A DNA stretch of 64,000 nt from a virus (IMGVR_UViG_3300029267_002727:1-64000); one strand, 5' to 3'. Positions 18,805-27,786 are shown, counted from the first letter of the stretch. Notes: a model not told the origin generated them from the sequence alone. Numbers and translations: made by a program.

Positions 18805-20282
18805 TAGTACGACTTGCCTCCACGGTTTGCGAACGCGCCGGCCGAGAAGAAGACCTCGTAGATGTCCAGGTTCCAGCGATTCATCTCGCCGAACCAGTTG
18901 GCCGTCACGCGCTCGATGCTCGGGAAGTCCGCTACAGTGTCCTCCGGTCGGTTGTACTGGATGATGCTGCTATCGGCGTGGCGCCGATGCACCCACTGTA
19001 CCGGCTCGCGGGCGCCCATCACGATCGTCGGGTGGATGTGCTGGGCCTTGGTGATCAGGGCATACGCCTGGCCCGTCGCAGCAGCGCCGTTGAGGTTGGT
19101 GTACTCGAAGGCTTCGCGATACTCCTCGGTCACAGGCTTGCGCAGCGTCAGGCGGTTATTCCCCGCGTCCACGCTGTAGACCTCGGCACGCATGGTCTTG
19201 CCATGCAACGGGTCCAAGCCGCCGGTTATGCCATACTCGCTGGTCTGCGCAGTGTGGATCGAGACGAAGTCGCCGGCTGCAAAGTCGCTCGCGCCGAAAG
19301 CGGAGCACTGGATATAGTGCGTGGTCGATGCCGGGCTCTGCCCGGTGTACCACACGTTGTCCACCGCGCCCGAGTCTGGGTCGGTTGCACCATCACCCCA
19401 CAGAATCGGGCTGGTGACCGCGACCTGCTTGGAGATGTTGCCGGCGTTCCACAAGACGAGGGCGTGCCCGGTGTCTTGAATGACCATGTTTCTGTATTGT
19501 ACTACGTTGCCGCCATTCAAGATCCGTCCGTCTTGCAGTTGCCTTAAGTCTATCATCCACTCTTGCGCTTCGCTGTTCCACAACTCCCAGAACACGCCAG
19601 TCGTGACCATCACGAGCACTGCGCCACGGAAGTTGCTGCCAGGGACCGGCTGAGCGTAGTTGCCCCACTTGTGGAGGGTGTCTTCCACGCGATACGACAT
19701 ACGCAGCGCTACCTCCTCCAGCAGGGTGATGTCGAAGGTGTAGGACGAGCTCGCACTGATCGTGGAAAAGTCGTACGTCCCCAGCGTCCAGGCGTTCCCG
19801 TCGTGCCCCATGAACTTGAACAGGGCATAGTCGAGGATGGCGTCCCTTGCACACTTCTCGTGGATCCCCACGACCTGGTCGGCAAGCTGGGCGTCGAGCA
19901 CCCGCGTGATGAACGTCGGGGTGTCGTTCCCGTACCGGCTGATCATGGCATCCATCTCGTCCATCTGCCACTTTGCGCCATAGCGGTAGCGCGCGCGAAC
20001 CTTGCGCTTCCGCGTGTCCACGTAGATCGGGCCCATCATCCTTTGGTAGCGACCGATAGGCTCATGGTTGACGTGCGACGGGACGAGCTCTGCCCCAACG
20101 TGCCAGTAGTCATCCCACCCCACGCCCACCGGCATCACCATGCTGTTTCCCACGAGCGGCGTGAAATACACGTCCGTCCCGTGGAACGCGGTGTCGATGA
20201 TGGCCGATCGCTCGTCCCACTTGTCCTGGTCCCAGGGTCGAAATGGGTGAACATCGAGATATCTCTCAACGTCATTTGCCAT
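18804..20282 (-). CDS. Major capsid protein (492 aa, probable insertion domain)
   Basis: Strong RBS; follows the scaffold-like gene and precedes the adaptor; size and composition fit. Confidence 0.7.
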   Translation of the reverse strand: MANDVERYLDVHPFRPWDQDKWDERSAIIDTAFHGTDVYFTPLVGNSMVMPVGVGWDDYWHVGAELVPSHVNHEPIGRYQRMMGPIYVDTRKRKVRARYRYGAKWQMDEMDAMISRYGNDTPTFITRVLDAQLADQVVGIHEKCARDAILDYALFKFMGHDGNAWTLGTYDFSTISASSSYTFDITLLEEVALRMSYRVEDTLHKWGNYAQPVPGSNFRGAVLVMVTTGVFWELWNSEAQEWMIDLRQLQDGRILNGGNVVQYRNMVIQDTGHALVLWNAGNISKQVAVTSPILWGDGATDPDSGAVDNVWYTGQSPASTTHYIQCSAFGASDFAAGDFVSIHTAQTSEYGITGGLDPLHGKTMRAEVYSVDAGNNRLTLRKPVTEEYREAFEYTNLNGAAATGQAYALITKAQHIHPTIVMGAREPVQWVHRRHADSSIIQYNRPEDTVADFPSIERVTANWFGEMNRWNLDIYEVFFSAGAFANRGGKSY

Positions 20283-20293
20283 AGTAGTCCTCC

Positions 20294-21091
20294 TTACTCA
20301 TTCGTTGCACGCAATGCCTCCTCCACGGCTGACCATGCCTTGCGTTCCTCCTCAAGGGGATCCTTCCCGTCCTCGGTTCTCGTCACCCCGTTTGTAACCA
20401 GGCGGTGCCACTCCATCGCCTTTGCGCGCAGCGCCTCTGCGCCAGATGTCGGTGCCGGGGCGGCAGGCGGCGGTACTGCTCCTGCCACGACCGGAGGAGG
20501 CGCCGCGTCCGGCGACGTGCCGATCGCCGTTGACATGCGCCGTAGCTCTTGTGCCAACGCGTCTCCCTCCAGCGTGGTGTTGTTGATCAGGCTCATGAAC
20601 GGGTTGACCTGTCGCGTTTGCGGTTCCTCTGCCCCCTCGGGGGTATATTGCTCCTCGACTTGTACGGCAAGGAGTGATGGGAACTGTGTCAGGAGCTCGA
20701 GCCGCGAGGCACGGGATGCCTGCGGAGTCAATGCGTCTATCTGCCCTTGGAGTTCAGGGATAGCGGCGATCTTCTGTTCCTGATCTGCGATCGTCGCACT
20801 CAGGCGCGCGATCTCGGCCTCCTTAACTTTCACGTCTCGCTGCGCGGCCTCTAGCTGCGCCTCCAACGATCCAGCCTGGGTTGCCGATTGATTCTCTACC
20901 TGCTGCCGCCTGCCCTGCTCCCCAAAGTACTTGTCTTTCCACGTCTTGCCATCCGGGGCATAGACCGCAGGGTCAAGCCCCGGCTTAGGGCTCGCAGGCG
21001 GCTGAGGCGGAGTCGTCGCCGGGGGCGTCTGTGGCGCCGCCGGAGGCGTTTCCGTTGTTCCTTCAGTCGGTTGCTGAGTCGGGTCTGTCAT
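20294..21091 (-). CDS. Capsid scaffolding protein
   Basis: P/T-rich N-terminus, WKDKY then coiled coil, directly upstream of the MCP. Confidence 0.7.
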   Translation of the reverse strand: MTDPTQQPTEGTTETPPAAPQTPPATTPPQPPASPKPGLDPAVYAPDGKTWKDKYFGEQGRRQQVENQSATQAGSLEAQLEAAQRDVKVKEAEIARLSATIADQEQKIAAIPELQGQIDALTPQASRASRLELLTQFPSLLAVQVEEQYTPEGAEEPQTRQVNPFMSLINNTTLEGDALAQELRRMSTAIGTSPDAAPPPVVAGAVPPPAAPAPTSGAEALRAKAMEWHRLVTNGVTRTEDGKDPLEEERKAWSAVEEALRATNE

Positions 21092-21108
21092 CGAATAGTC
21101 CTCCTAGA

Positions 21109-21663
21109 CTACCATTCTGCGCCGGATGCCTCGTTGTATGAGATCGTCTTCAGGAACACCACGGCATATCCGGCGGTTGGCGCCGTAGCGTTCTTCCAAA
21201 GGATGTCCAGGGTGTCTCCCGTGCGGTAGTACTGATACCCCGCTGTACCCGCGACCGGATCGGACGCCGGGTTGTTGTACGCTGCGCTCTTGTCGGCGTG
21301 GATCGTGTTGGCGGAGCTCCAGTCATCGCTGTCACCCCAACCGTCCGTGTCGTTCTCGTCCCCGATGTCGATATCTGCGGCCACCCCCGCGTCGGTAAAC
21401 CCGGTGTCAACCCGCGCCAGGCACTCCAGGGCGATCGTTCCGCGCGGGATCTGGCAGCGAGCGATGTACCCCACAGCGCCGGGATTGCTCACAAAGTCGT
21501 CATAGTCCACAGCCCAGGCCAGCCACCGAGAGATCGGGCTCGCCCCTGTCAAGGGTGAGTCGGACTGATCCCCGTCGATCTGGGCCCGCGCATCGTGCAC
21601 CACCCGGAAGGTCATCAGGACCGTGTCGGGGGCATCATGCGATCTGACATATATTGGTGCCAT
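21109..21663 (-). CDS. Virion structural protein (head decoration-like)
   Basis: IPRGTI...VDTGF...IDIGD pattern shared with the neighbouring gene; head module. Confidence 0.5.
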   Translation of the reverse strand: MAPIYVRSHDAPDTVLMTFRVVHDARAQIDGDQSDSPLTGASPISRWLAWAVDYDDFVSNPGAVGYIARCQIPRGTIALECLARVDTGFTDAGVAADIDIGDENDTDGWGDSDDWSSANTIHADKSAAYNNPASDPVAGTAGYQYYRTGDTLDILWKNATAPTAGYAVVFLKTISYNEASGAEW

Positions 21664-21678
21664 ACTTCATCCTCCTTC

Positions 21679-22062
21679 CTACGTGAATGAGACGCCTTGC
21701 TCCATCGAGAAGAGCAGGGTGATGTCCAGGCTGCCCGCGGTATTGCCGGCGCCCACATTGGCATAAATGTCTTCGCCAAGCGTGGTGATTTCCGCGCCCG
21801 GGTGAAGCAGGCTCGGAGACGCCTTGCCGACAGCATTCACGGCCACCCCATCGATGTAGTAGTCTCCATCGCTGGTCTTCCCCACATCCAGGGTCGTGGT
21901 GCCGCCAGCAAACGCCGTTTTGACGTTGACAATTATGTCGATGATTCGAGCGCCCTTGGGCAGCGTAAAGATCTTGGCCGTGGTTGTATCGGCGTACGTG
22001 ACGTTACACGTGATCTCTCGCACGACCCTCGACTCAACGAATCTGGTTACTGTTAGAGCCAT
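21679..22062 (-). CDS. Head decoration/cement-like protein
   Basis: LPKGARIIDI..VKTAF..TLDVG beta-sandwich pattern; strong RBS. Confidence 0.55.
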   Translation of the reverse strand: MALTVTRFVESRVVREITCNVTYADTTTAKIFTLPKGARIIDIIVNVKTAFAGGTTTLDVGKTSDGDYYIDGVAVNAVGKASPSLLHPGAEITTLGEDIYANVGAGNTAGSLDITLLFSMEQGVSFT

Positions 22063-22106
22063 AGTGTCCTCCTTATCTTACTCGTGGGCACGTCGCAATG
22101 GCGCGC

Positions 22107-22364
22107 TCATACTCCTCCAAAGTCGTCGGCGGTCTCACGGGGCCGCCCCTGCGCTGGGGGGATGTATTTTGGCCGTAGGCCCGAGACGTCGGATGAGCTC
22201 CTTGGGTCACGCCAGTTCACCGTTATAGCCGGGCAGAACAGCACCTTGTGTACGTTTCCTGACTGGCATACCGGGCACTGGACCGGATACTCAGGCCCAG
22301 CCATGGGGTGCCTTTTCTCAAAGAGCTCTGCGCAATCCTCGCATCTGTAGTCGTACGCGGGCAT
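22107..22364 (-). CDS. FmdB-family zinc ribbon protein
   Basis: MPAYDYRCEDC...FE...CPVC signature. Confidence 0.8.
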   Translation of the reverse strand: MPAYDYRCEDCAELFEKRHPMAGPEYPVQCPVCQSGNVHKVLFCPAITVNWRDPRSSSDVSGLRPKYIPPAQGRPRETADDFGGV

Positions 22365-22365
22365 G

Positions 22366-22740
22366 TTATCCCTCCACCAATTCGTTAGGGGGCCATTCCC
22401 CCTTCTTAATGTGCCAATCTCCCTCGTTTACCCCGTCTTCGTCGGCGTAGCCGCGCATCTTCCAATAATCGTTTGACCACCACACCATGCCCTTGTGGGT
22501 CGGCGTTCTCGATGCGTTGTCGTTGTAGTCTGTCACCTTGGCGGACGCGACCATGTAGAAATCTGGATTATCCGCCGATGTATCAAGGACATGAAATAAC
22601 CCGCTGCCAGGACCGAACCCAGCCAGGTCGGCTTCGTACATGATGTCAAACTGGGCCGATCGGCCATTCGCAACCCAAGCGGCATGAATGGTACTGTAAC
22701 CAACGTGATCCGAGTCGATCTTATAGCTGGCCATATCCAA
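22366..22740 (-). CDS. Hypothetical protein
   Basis: Tightly packed ORF in the operon; start uncertain. Confidence 0.55.
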   Translation of the reverse strand: MDMASYKIDSDHVGYSTIHAAWVANGRSAQFDIMYEADLAGFGPGSGLFHVLDTSADNPDFYMVASAKVTDYNDNASRTPTHKGMVWWSNDYWKMRGYADEDGVNEGDWHIKKGEWPPNELVEG

Positions 22741-23044
22741 GTACGGCTACGTTGTACCAGGCCTGGTAAATAGCCGCGTGCTCCCCCGTCATCTGATCGA
22801 CGGCGACCAGGTCCGCCTGGGCCTTGTCGCGCTCCCTCTTGGCGATCTGCGCCTCGGCCAACTTGGGCAAGACTTGGGCATTGTAACGCTTGAATGTCTC
22901 GGCGTCGATCTGGTCCGTACGCCGCAGTATCAGGAGGCGCCTTTTGCACGCCTCGAGTACCTGGGTGCGCTCATCACCCCTCCACTGAGGGAGACGCCTT
23001 ATCACAGTGTCAATATGCCCTAGTGTTCGGATGTTTGGGATCAT
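22721..23044 (-). CDS. Hypothetical helical protein
   Basis: ATGA-coupled to the upstream basic gene. Confidence 0.55.
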   Translation of the reverse strand: MIPNIRTLGHIDTVIRRLPQWRGDERTQVLEACKRRLLILRRTDQIDAETFKRYNAQVLPKLAEAQIAKRERDKAQADLVAVDQMTGEHAAIYQAWYNVAVLGYGQL

Positions 23045-23265
23045 TTCTTCTTTTTCCTAGTCACTGATCTCGCGGCCTTCGCATACGCCGCTTTCTTGCG
23101 AATGGCCTTGCTCTTACTGCGCCTTGCCTCGGCGATGCATTTAGCGGTCACGCCGCTGTAGCCCTTACTCTTTCAGTACCGAGTAAAAGACCCGACAGTG
23201 CCGCGCTTTTCCATGCTCTTGCGGGCACGCTGCATCCACTTCTTTTTGCCAGATGACTTGGCCAT
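23041..23265 (-). CDS. Small basic protein with in-frame UGA at codon 31 (candidate selenoprotein, 74 aa)
   Basis: MAKSSGKKKWMQRARKSMEKRGTVGSFTRY*KSKGYSGVTAKCIAEARRSKSKAIRKKAAYAKAARSVTRKKKK. RBS GGGGGAGGG; final TGA overlaps the next ATG; a hairpin follows the UGA. Confidence 0.6.
23143..23157 (-). promoter_or_regulatory. Candidate bacterial SECIS apical hairpin AGCGG-CGUGA-CCGCU
   Basis: Loop begins 20 nt after the UGA (23175-23173) and has GU at loop positions 2-3. Confidence 0.45.
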
Positions 23266-23277
23266 CCCTCCCCCTTA

Positions 23278-23335
23278 CAAACAGACGCCACCCTATGTGG
23301 GCGGCGTCGATACGCCAAATCTGTAATTCGGTTGT
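23278..23335 (-). promoter_or_regulatory. Repeated late leader element, copy 2 (ACAAC..AGATTTGGYGTAYCRACGCC hairpin)
   Basis: Homologous to 27289-27352. Confidence 0.6.
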
Positions 23336-23345
23336 CGGGTTCCGG

Positions 23346-23705
23346 CTACTCGAACGCGATAACGGTGACAGTGGCCTCCGCAGCAGCGCCGTTGGATAGC
23401 AGAATCTCGTCGATGCCCAGGCCGTCGTTCTCTGCCCCGATCACGGCGACAGGGTCCGCATGGATTGGATCGGTACCAGTGCTGTCCAGCTTGAACGAAA
23501 CGCCCTCGGAGGCAAACACCACCAAGATCTTGGGATCGGTGAGCAGGTTCAGCTTAAGCTCGGTGTCCGCCGCGGCCGCTGGCAGCTTCACCTCAGCCCA
23601 AAACGTCTCGGAGCAACTGTCGTCTGCGGTTTCTGTCTTTGTGCGGTCGGTTGTAGTGCCGGTCTTTACTGCCGCTACCACCTGTACGGAATAGTTATCT
23701 GACAT
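23346..23705 (-). CDS. Putative structural protein
   Basis: 119 aa, acidic, beta-rich, head module. Confidence 0.5.
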   Translation of the reverse strand: MSDNYSVQVVAAVKTGTTTDRTKTETADDSCSETFWAEVKLPAAAADTELKLNLLTDPKILVVFASEGVSFKLDSTGTDPIHADPVAVIGAENDGLGIDEILLSNGAAAEATVTVIAFE

Positions 23706-23717
23706 AGAGCCACCCCC

Positions 23718-24032
23718 TTATTTCGTGAGCATGTTCATTAGGTATGACACGATGGCTACGACAATGCCCGTCAATAGCGGCGTCCACACCTTTCTCCAGC
23801 TATTGAGTTCTGCGATTTTTGCGTTGAGCCTGCCCTCCATCTCCCGCATCTCAACGCGCAGTCTACCTACCTCCGTCGCGGTATCGAGATCGCGCATGTG
23901 CAGCTTCTGCGAATGCTCGCGCTGCCTGGCCTCAATCTTATCCAGGCGCTCATCTTGACGGCCGTCATCTTCCGTAAGTTCAGACAGGCGGCTGGTGACC
24001 CAGCCCTTGTCCTGGTCCCATGTGACCGCCAC
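23718..24032 (-). CDS. Coiled-coil protein with C-terminal TM helix (XhlA/holin-like architecture)
   Basis: Coiled coil followed by WTPLLTGIVVAIVSYLM. Confidence 0.55.
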   Translation of the reverse strand: MAVTWDQDKGWVTSRLSELTEDDGRQDERLDKIEARQREHSQKLHMRDLDTATEVGRLRVEMREMEGRLNAKIAELNSWRKVWTPLLTGIVVAIVSYLMNMLTK

Positions 24033-24361
24033 TACGATCCCGCCTCCGATACCCGCGCCACGACATAGATCGTGCCGCTGGTGTACGCACTGACACGGGC
24101 CCTCATCACAGCCAGCCCGGCACAGTCCGCTCTATATAGTCCGGCAGCGGCGGTGGTTGTGGCTGCATTGCCGGTCGTCAGATTGGTCACCTTGATAGCC
24201 ACCCAGGTGCCGGTACTCAGCCTGGCCTCGAACGTGATTGTGCCGACGAATGTGCCCCAGACCTGAAACACGGCCGTGCTGTGGCCAGCAGTGCAAAGCT
24301 CCTTGCCATCGGCGGTTGCGGTAACCCCGTCCTGTAGCCTGCGATCCCTGTGTTCTCTCAT
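24032..24361 (-). CDS. Putative structural beta-sandwich protein
   Basis: GTFVGTITFEA...RARVSAYTSGTI pattern. Confidence 0.5.
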   Translation of the reverse strand: MREHRDRRLQDGVTATADGKELCTAGHSTAVFQVWGTFVGTITFEARLSTGTWVAIKVTNLTTGNAATTTAAAGLYRADCAGLAVMRARVSAYTSGTIYVVARVSEAGS

Positions 24362-25413
24362 ACTCTACCCTCCAGCATCTTCTGGTATGCAGCGCCCCAC
24401 CTGCGGTGCCCCGTCTTTATGTCTCGATTCTTGGTTACCCAGGCGAGGCCCTGCACGGCCAGTCTATGCCTCAATCTGTGATCGTCGATCAGCAGAGATA
24501 AGGCCTCGTACCACTCGCTGTTGTCAATTAAAAGTCCGTTGTGCTTGTTCTGCACGGTGCGACGATAAACCTTCACGTTGGTGCACGCTGGCACCGCTCC
24601 GCCCACCTTGCCGTTAGGTAAGCGCCTGGCTGCCGCCATAGCCTCCAGGGCCTTGATCGACGACTTTGACATGTTAAACCCATCCTCGGCATCCAGGCTA
24701 CAGCACACAATGTCGAATTGGCGCATCAACTGTGGGTACATAACGTATGGCACCGGATCGAGCTCGTGAAAGTTTGGCAATGAGCTCAAATAGTCCGGCG
24801 AGTACCCCGCCGCCAAGATGGTAATGTCTGGGTGCTCTCGAGCCAGCCTATGTAGTGCCCCCATCGGGAACTTCCAGTCAGCATAATGCGATGCGGTTCC
24901 AATGAACCCGATCGTGAGCCCTTTGTGCTGCCGTTCTGTATGATAGCTCTCGCCAGAGAACCACCCTACATCCACATGGTTCGGGAGCACGACAGGTCTG
25001 TGCTTCGTGTGCGCCTCCAGGCGGTCTCGTAGATACGGCGTACTAACGGTGACGTAATCTACATCGCGCAGGACGCCCTTGAAATCATCCCCACGCCCCA
25101 AGTCCCGGAAATCGTCCGTCAGGTCGTCGTCCGTGTCGAACACGACAATTCCACCATGCCGATGAAGAACGTCTATAAACTCGTGACGCCCGGCACGGCC
25201 GGCGAACAGCCTGGAAGTGAGATACAAGTCCCTCCCTAGAAGGTCGTTAGAACGCCCCTCTTCCACGATCGCTCGGATCTCTTTTTGTCCCAGGATCTCG
25301 ATCTTGTGCCTGGGGTCTTTGGCAAGGTGCTGTAAGGGTGATACCGCTCGGTAGTAATTGATCGCCGATATGCCGGTAACCTCAGAATGGCGCACAAACG
25401 CCATGGCGCGCAT
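24358..25413 (-). CDS. Glycosyltransferase (GT-B/GT4-like) in the head module
   Basis: YYR..P, VVFDTDDDL, VTVSTPYL, VLPN, IGFIG..SH, KS.IKALE motifs. Confidence 0.85.
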   Translation of the reverse strand: MRAMAFVRHSEVTGISAINYYRAVSPLQHLAKDPRHKIEILGQKEIRAIVEEGRSNDLLGRDLYLTSRLFAGRAGRHEFIDVLHRHGGIVVFDTDDDLTDDFRDLGRGDDFKGVLRDVDYVTVSTPYLRDRLEAHTKHRPVVLPNHVDVGWFSGESYHTERQHKGLTIGFIGTASHYADWKFPMGALHRLAREHPDITILAAGYSPDYLSSLPNFHELDPVPYVMYPQLMRQFDIVCCSLDAEDGFNMSKSSIKALEAMAAARRLPNGKVGGAVPACTNVKVYRRTVQNKHNGLLIDNSEWYEALSLLIDDHRLRHRLAVQGLAWVTKNRDIKTGHRRWGAAYQKMLEGRV

Positions 25414-25429
25414 CACGCCCTCCTTTTGT

Positions 25430-25771
25430 TTACGTGCCGCACAAATAGATGTAGACAGTTGTGTCAACGCTCGCCTGGAGCGAGAACGACGTGATACTCG
25501 TGCCGATCATCAACCACGCATCTGTGAATGACCACGACTCCGGCGAGAGCTCCTTGAACAACTGGACCGTGGCTGCATTCCCAGACACCTTGATGTAAAT
25601 GTACTGGATGGTACTCATTTGTACCTTGATTTCAGTCTTGGTGCCGGCCGTCAAGGATACAGACGGCAGGATCTGCTCCTCGTCATAACTGCGCCTGATG
25701 AAGCGGTCCTCTGCGTCAGCTAGTTGCAGGCCGTTGTTTCTGCGCTTGATTTCCAGTCTGGTTTCCAGCAT
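25430..25771 (-). CDS. Hypothetical (likely structural) protein
   Basis: ORF with GGAGGG RBS overlapping the portal end. Confidence 0.55.
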   Translation of the reverse strand: MLETRLEIKRRNNGLQLADAEDRFIRRSYDEEQILPSVSLTAGTKTEIKVQMSTIQYIYIKVSGNAATVQLFKELSPESWSFTDAWLMIGTSITSFSLQASVDTTVYIYLCGT

Positions 25772-27278
25772 TTACCCCTCCAGGCGGGACGGCCTTAGCC
25801 TTGGCCTCCGCCTCTGTATCCATCTGTTCCTTCATCCAGTCCAGGATGCGCTGTCGCTCACCCTCAACATCCTCGATCCCCATCGCTTTCAGATAGCCCT
25901 CGATACTGATACCGAATTGTCCCAGGCGCTCGATCATCTCGCGGTGGCGAACCTCCTGATCTAGCGGGATCATCTCTGGCCAGCGCTGCATTATCTTTGT
26001 GGTCATGATCTGCCTGGGCGTGATCTCAGGAACGGGAAACTCGACGCTATCCCTCTTGGATACAATGAGTCGCAGTGCAGCCTTATCCGCCGAGGTCTTG
26101 GCGTCTGCAAAGTTGGAGCGGGCCGTAACGGCGTGAGCGATAGATGTCCACATGCGCTGTGCGATCGCTGGCCCTGTGATGCGCCCCGAAGATGTATCAT
26201 CTAGGCCAAATACGGCAGGACTGATCCGGGACACCATCATCCAGAAGTCTAGCAGTGTCTTGGGGAACCGGGAGAGCTCCTCGGGGAGATCTGGCGTGGG
26301 CATCTCCTTCGCCTCCGGCTTGACTGAGCCGCCCTGCATCGCTCGCGAGTTCCCCAGGTCCACAATACGCAGAACGACCTGGCCGTCAGCCGTGACCTTA
26401 CGCATGCTGGGGTTTCTGGTGATGTCGGTCCCCAGCAATACACCAGGTAGGGACTTGCGCACTACGTCCGCCAGGTCCGCTGTCCGTGCGTTTACCTCTT
26501 CCACAAGCTCGGTCTGCCCCTCGACCAGGCTGTCCCCCCACAATTCCTTTGTGGTACGTTCGTGCGGAATATAGAAGATCGGCACAAAGCCGAGCGGGTT
26601 CTCGCCGGCCAACGTCCAGGCATCGTCCCCGATCTTCATCTTCACAACTCTGTCATTCACGGTGATCCGGTATTCGGAGTCAGTCCAGTGCTCCATGTAG
26701 AGGGCCGTTGGCGACGCCACCTCGATACCGTACTTGGCCATGGCGTCCTCGGCCGAGATCTCGTACCCGACATAGCACTCGAGCAGTTTCCATGGATTGA
26801 GCCAGTCGGCGCGGGGCATGATGTGGCCGGGATTCTTGATTAGCCGTATGGCCGTGCCATACGGGAGCTCTATCTCCCACGGCTCCCAGGAGACTTTTAG
26901 CACGGTGCCGCCGTAGATCATCATAGACAGAAGCGCCTCCTGCTGGAGGGGGCCTCCGTGACTTGGGCGCCACACACCCTCGTTGATAAGGTTCTCTAGG
27001 GCCTCGGCGTTCTCGGTTCCTCGGTCCACGACTGATTGCACAAAGAGCGGGTCGTCTTGGTCGGGCATCCCCCTAACCAGGTCCCGGTGCACGGTGCAGG
27101 CCAATTCCACAAGGTTGATGTCAAGCGGAAACTTTCTGACCTTTTCGCCCGTTTCACGATCCCGTGTAGGCATGGTGCCATCGAGCTTGGTTCCGTCGAA
27201 CCATTGCTCGTACTGCTGATATTTCAGGCGCCGGGATTGCCACTCCGTGCTTTCCCAAATATCGCGGTCTCGTGCCAT
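25716..27278 (-). CDS. Portal protein
   Basis: ~520 aa after the terminase; GENPLGFVPIFYIPH...WGDS motif (SPP1 gp6-like); ATG at 27278 after GGGAGG. Confidence 0.85.
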   Translation of the reverse strand: MARDRDIWESTEWQSRRLKYQQYEQWFDGTKLDGTMPTRDRETGEKVRKFPLDINLVELACTVHRDLVRGMPDQDDPLFVQSVVDRGTENAEALENLINEGVWRPSHGGPLQQEALLSMMIYGGTVLKVSWEPWEIELPYGTAIRLIKNPGHIMPRADWLNPWKLLECYVGYEISAEDAMAKYGIEVASPTALYMEHWTDSEYRITVNDRVVKMKIGDDAWTLAGENPLGFVPIFYIPHERTTKELWGDSLVEGQTELVEEVNARTADLADVVRKSLPGVLLGTDITRNPSMRKVTADGQVVLRIVDLGNSRAMQGGSVKPEAKEMPTPDLPEELSRFPKTLLDFWMMVSRISPAVFGLDDTSSGRITGPAIAQRMWTSIAHAVTARSNFADAKTSADKAALRLIVSKRDSVEFPVPEITPRQIMTTKIMQRWPEMIPLDQEVRHREMIERLGQFGISIEGYLKAMGIEDVEGERQRILDWMKEQMDTEAEAKAKAVPPGGVNAGNQTGNQAQKQRPATS

Positions 27279-27288
27279 AGGCCTCCCG

Positions 27289-27323
27289 AAAAAGAAAAAC
27301 GCCACCTCGATTGAGGTGGCGTT
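27289..27323 (-). terminator. Intrinsic terminator directly upstream of the portal gene
   Basis: AACGCCACCTC-AATC-GAGGTGGCGTT followed by TTTCTTTTT. Confidence 0.75.
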
Positions 27324-27352
27324 GGTACACCAAATCTTGGGGTTTCTGTTGT

Positions 27353-27513
27353 ACAAGTGAGTATGGGGCGTGCCCCCTGGGAGCCAGTTATTCCCCGGCT
27401 GGGGCTCCTCCGCGCATCGCGGCGGCAGCGCATGGGATGCCTGTTACGGAGTGCCGGGCCAGATGCTGCCTGCACAGGGGCACATTGGCAGCCCACGCCC
27501 CATACTCACTTGT
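27353..27513 (-). ncRNA. Candidate structured ncRNA closed by a perfect 20-bp stem
   Basis: ACAAGTGAGTATGGGGCGTG (27353-27372) and its exact complement (27494-27513); internal hairpins; intergenic. Confidence 0.55.
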
Positions 27514-27538
27514 TAAACTGCAATTTGTCGTCGTAGAG

Positions 27539-27769
27539 CTACATTTCGTAGTCGTCCGGGAGCTCGATCCTGATATACATGTTCCCGTTCTCGTCTTTGA
27601 CCACCGTCCCGCACGTGACGGTCATGTGCGCAGTGCGGAACTCGACCTGCGTTCTGTTACAGAAAAGGATGTGCTTCGACCGCATTCTGCCGAACTGGTC
27701 CTTGTACCAGATCAGCAGGCGGCCATCACTGTCCACCTGTACGCCTGGTTGTCCCTCATGATATCTCAT
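27539..27769 (-). CDS. Hypothetical protein (start uncertain)
   Basis: ORF between the KTSC gene and the ncRNA candidate; a promoter overlaps its 5' end. Confidence 0.45.
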   Translation of the reverse strand: MRYHEGQPGVQVDSDGRLLIWYKDQFGRMRSKHILFCNRTQVEFRTAHMTVTCGTVVKDENGNMYIRIELPDDYEM

Positions 27770-27786
27770 ATTGTGTGCCTTGTCAA
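27758..27786 (-). promoter_or_regulatory. sigma70-type promoter TTGACA-17-TATCAT
   Basis: Consensus hexamers with a 17-nt spacer. Confidence 0.6.
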
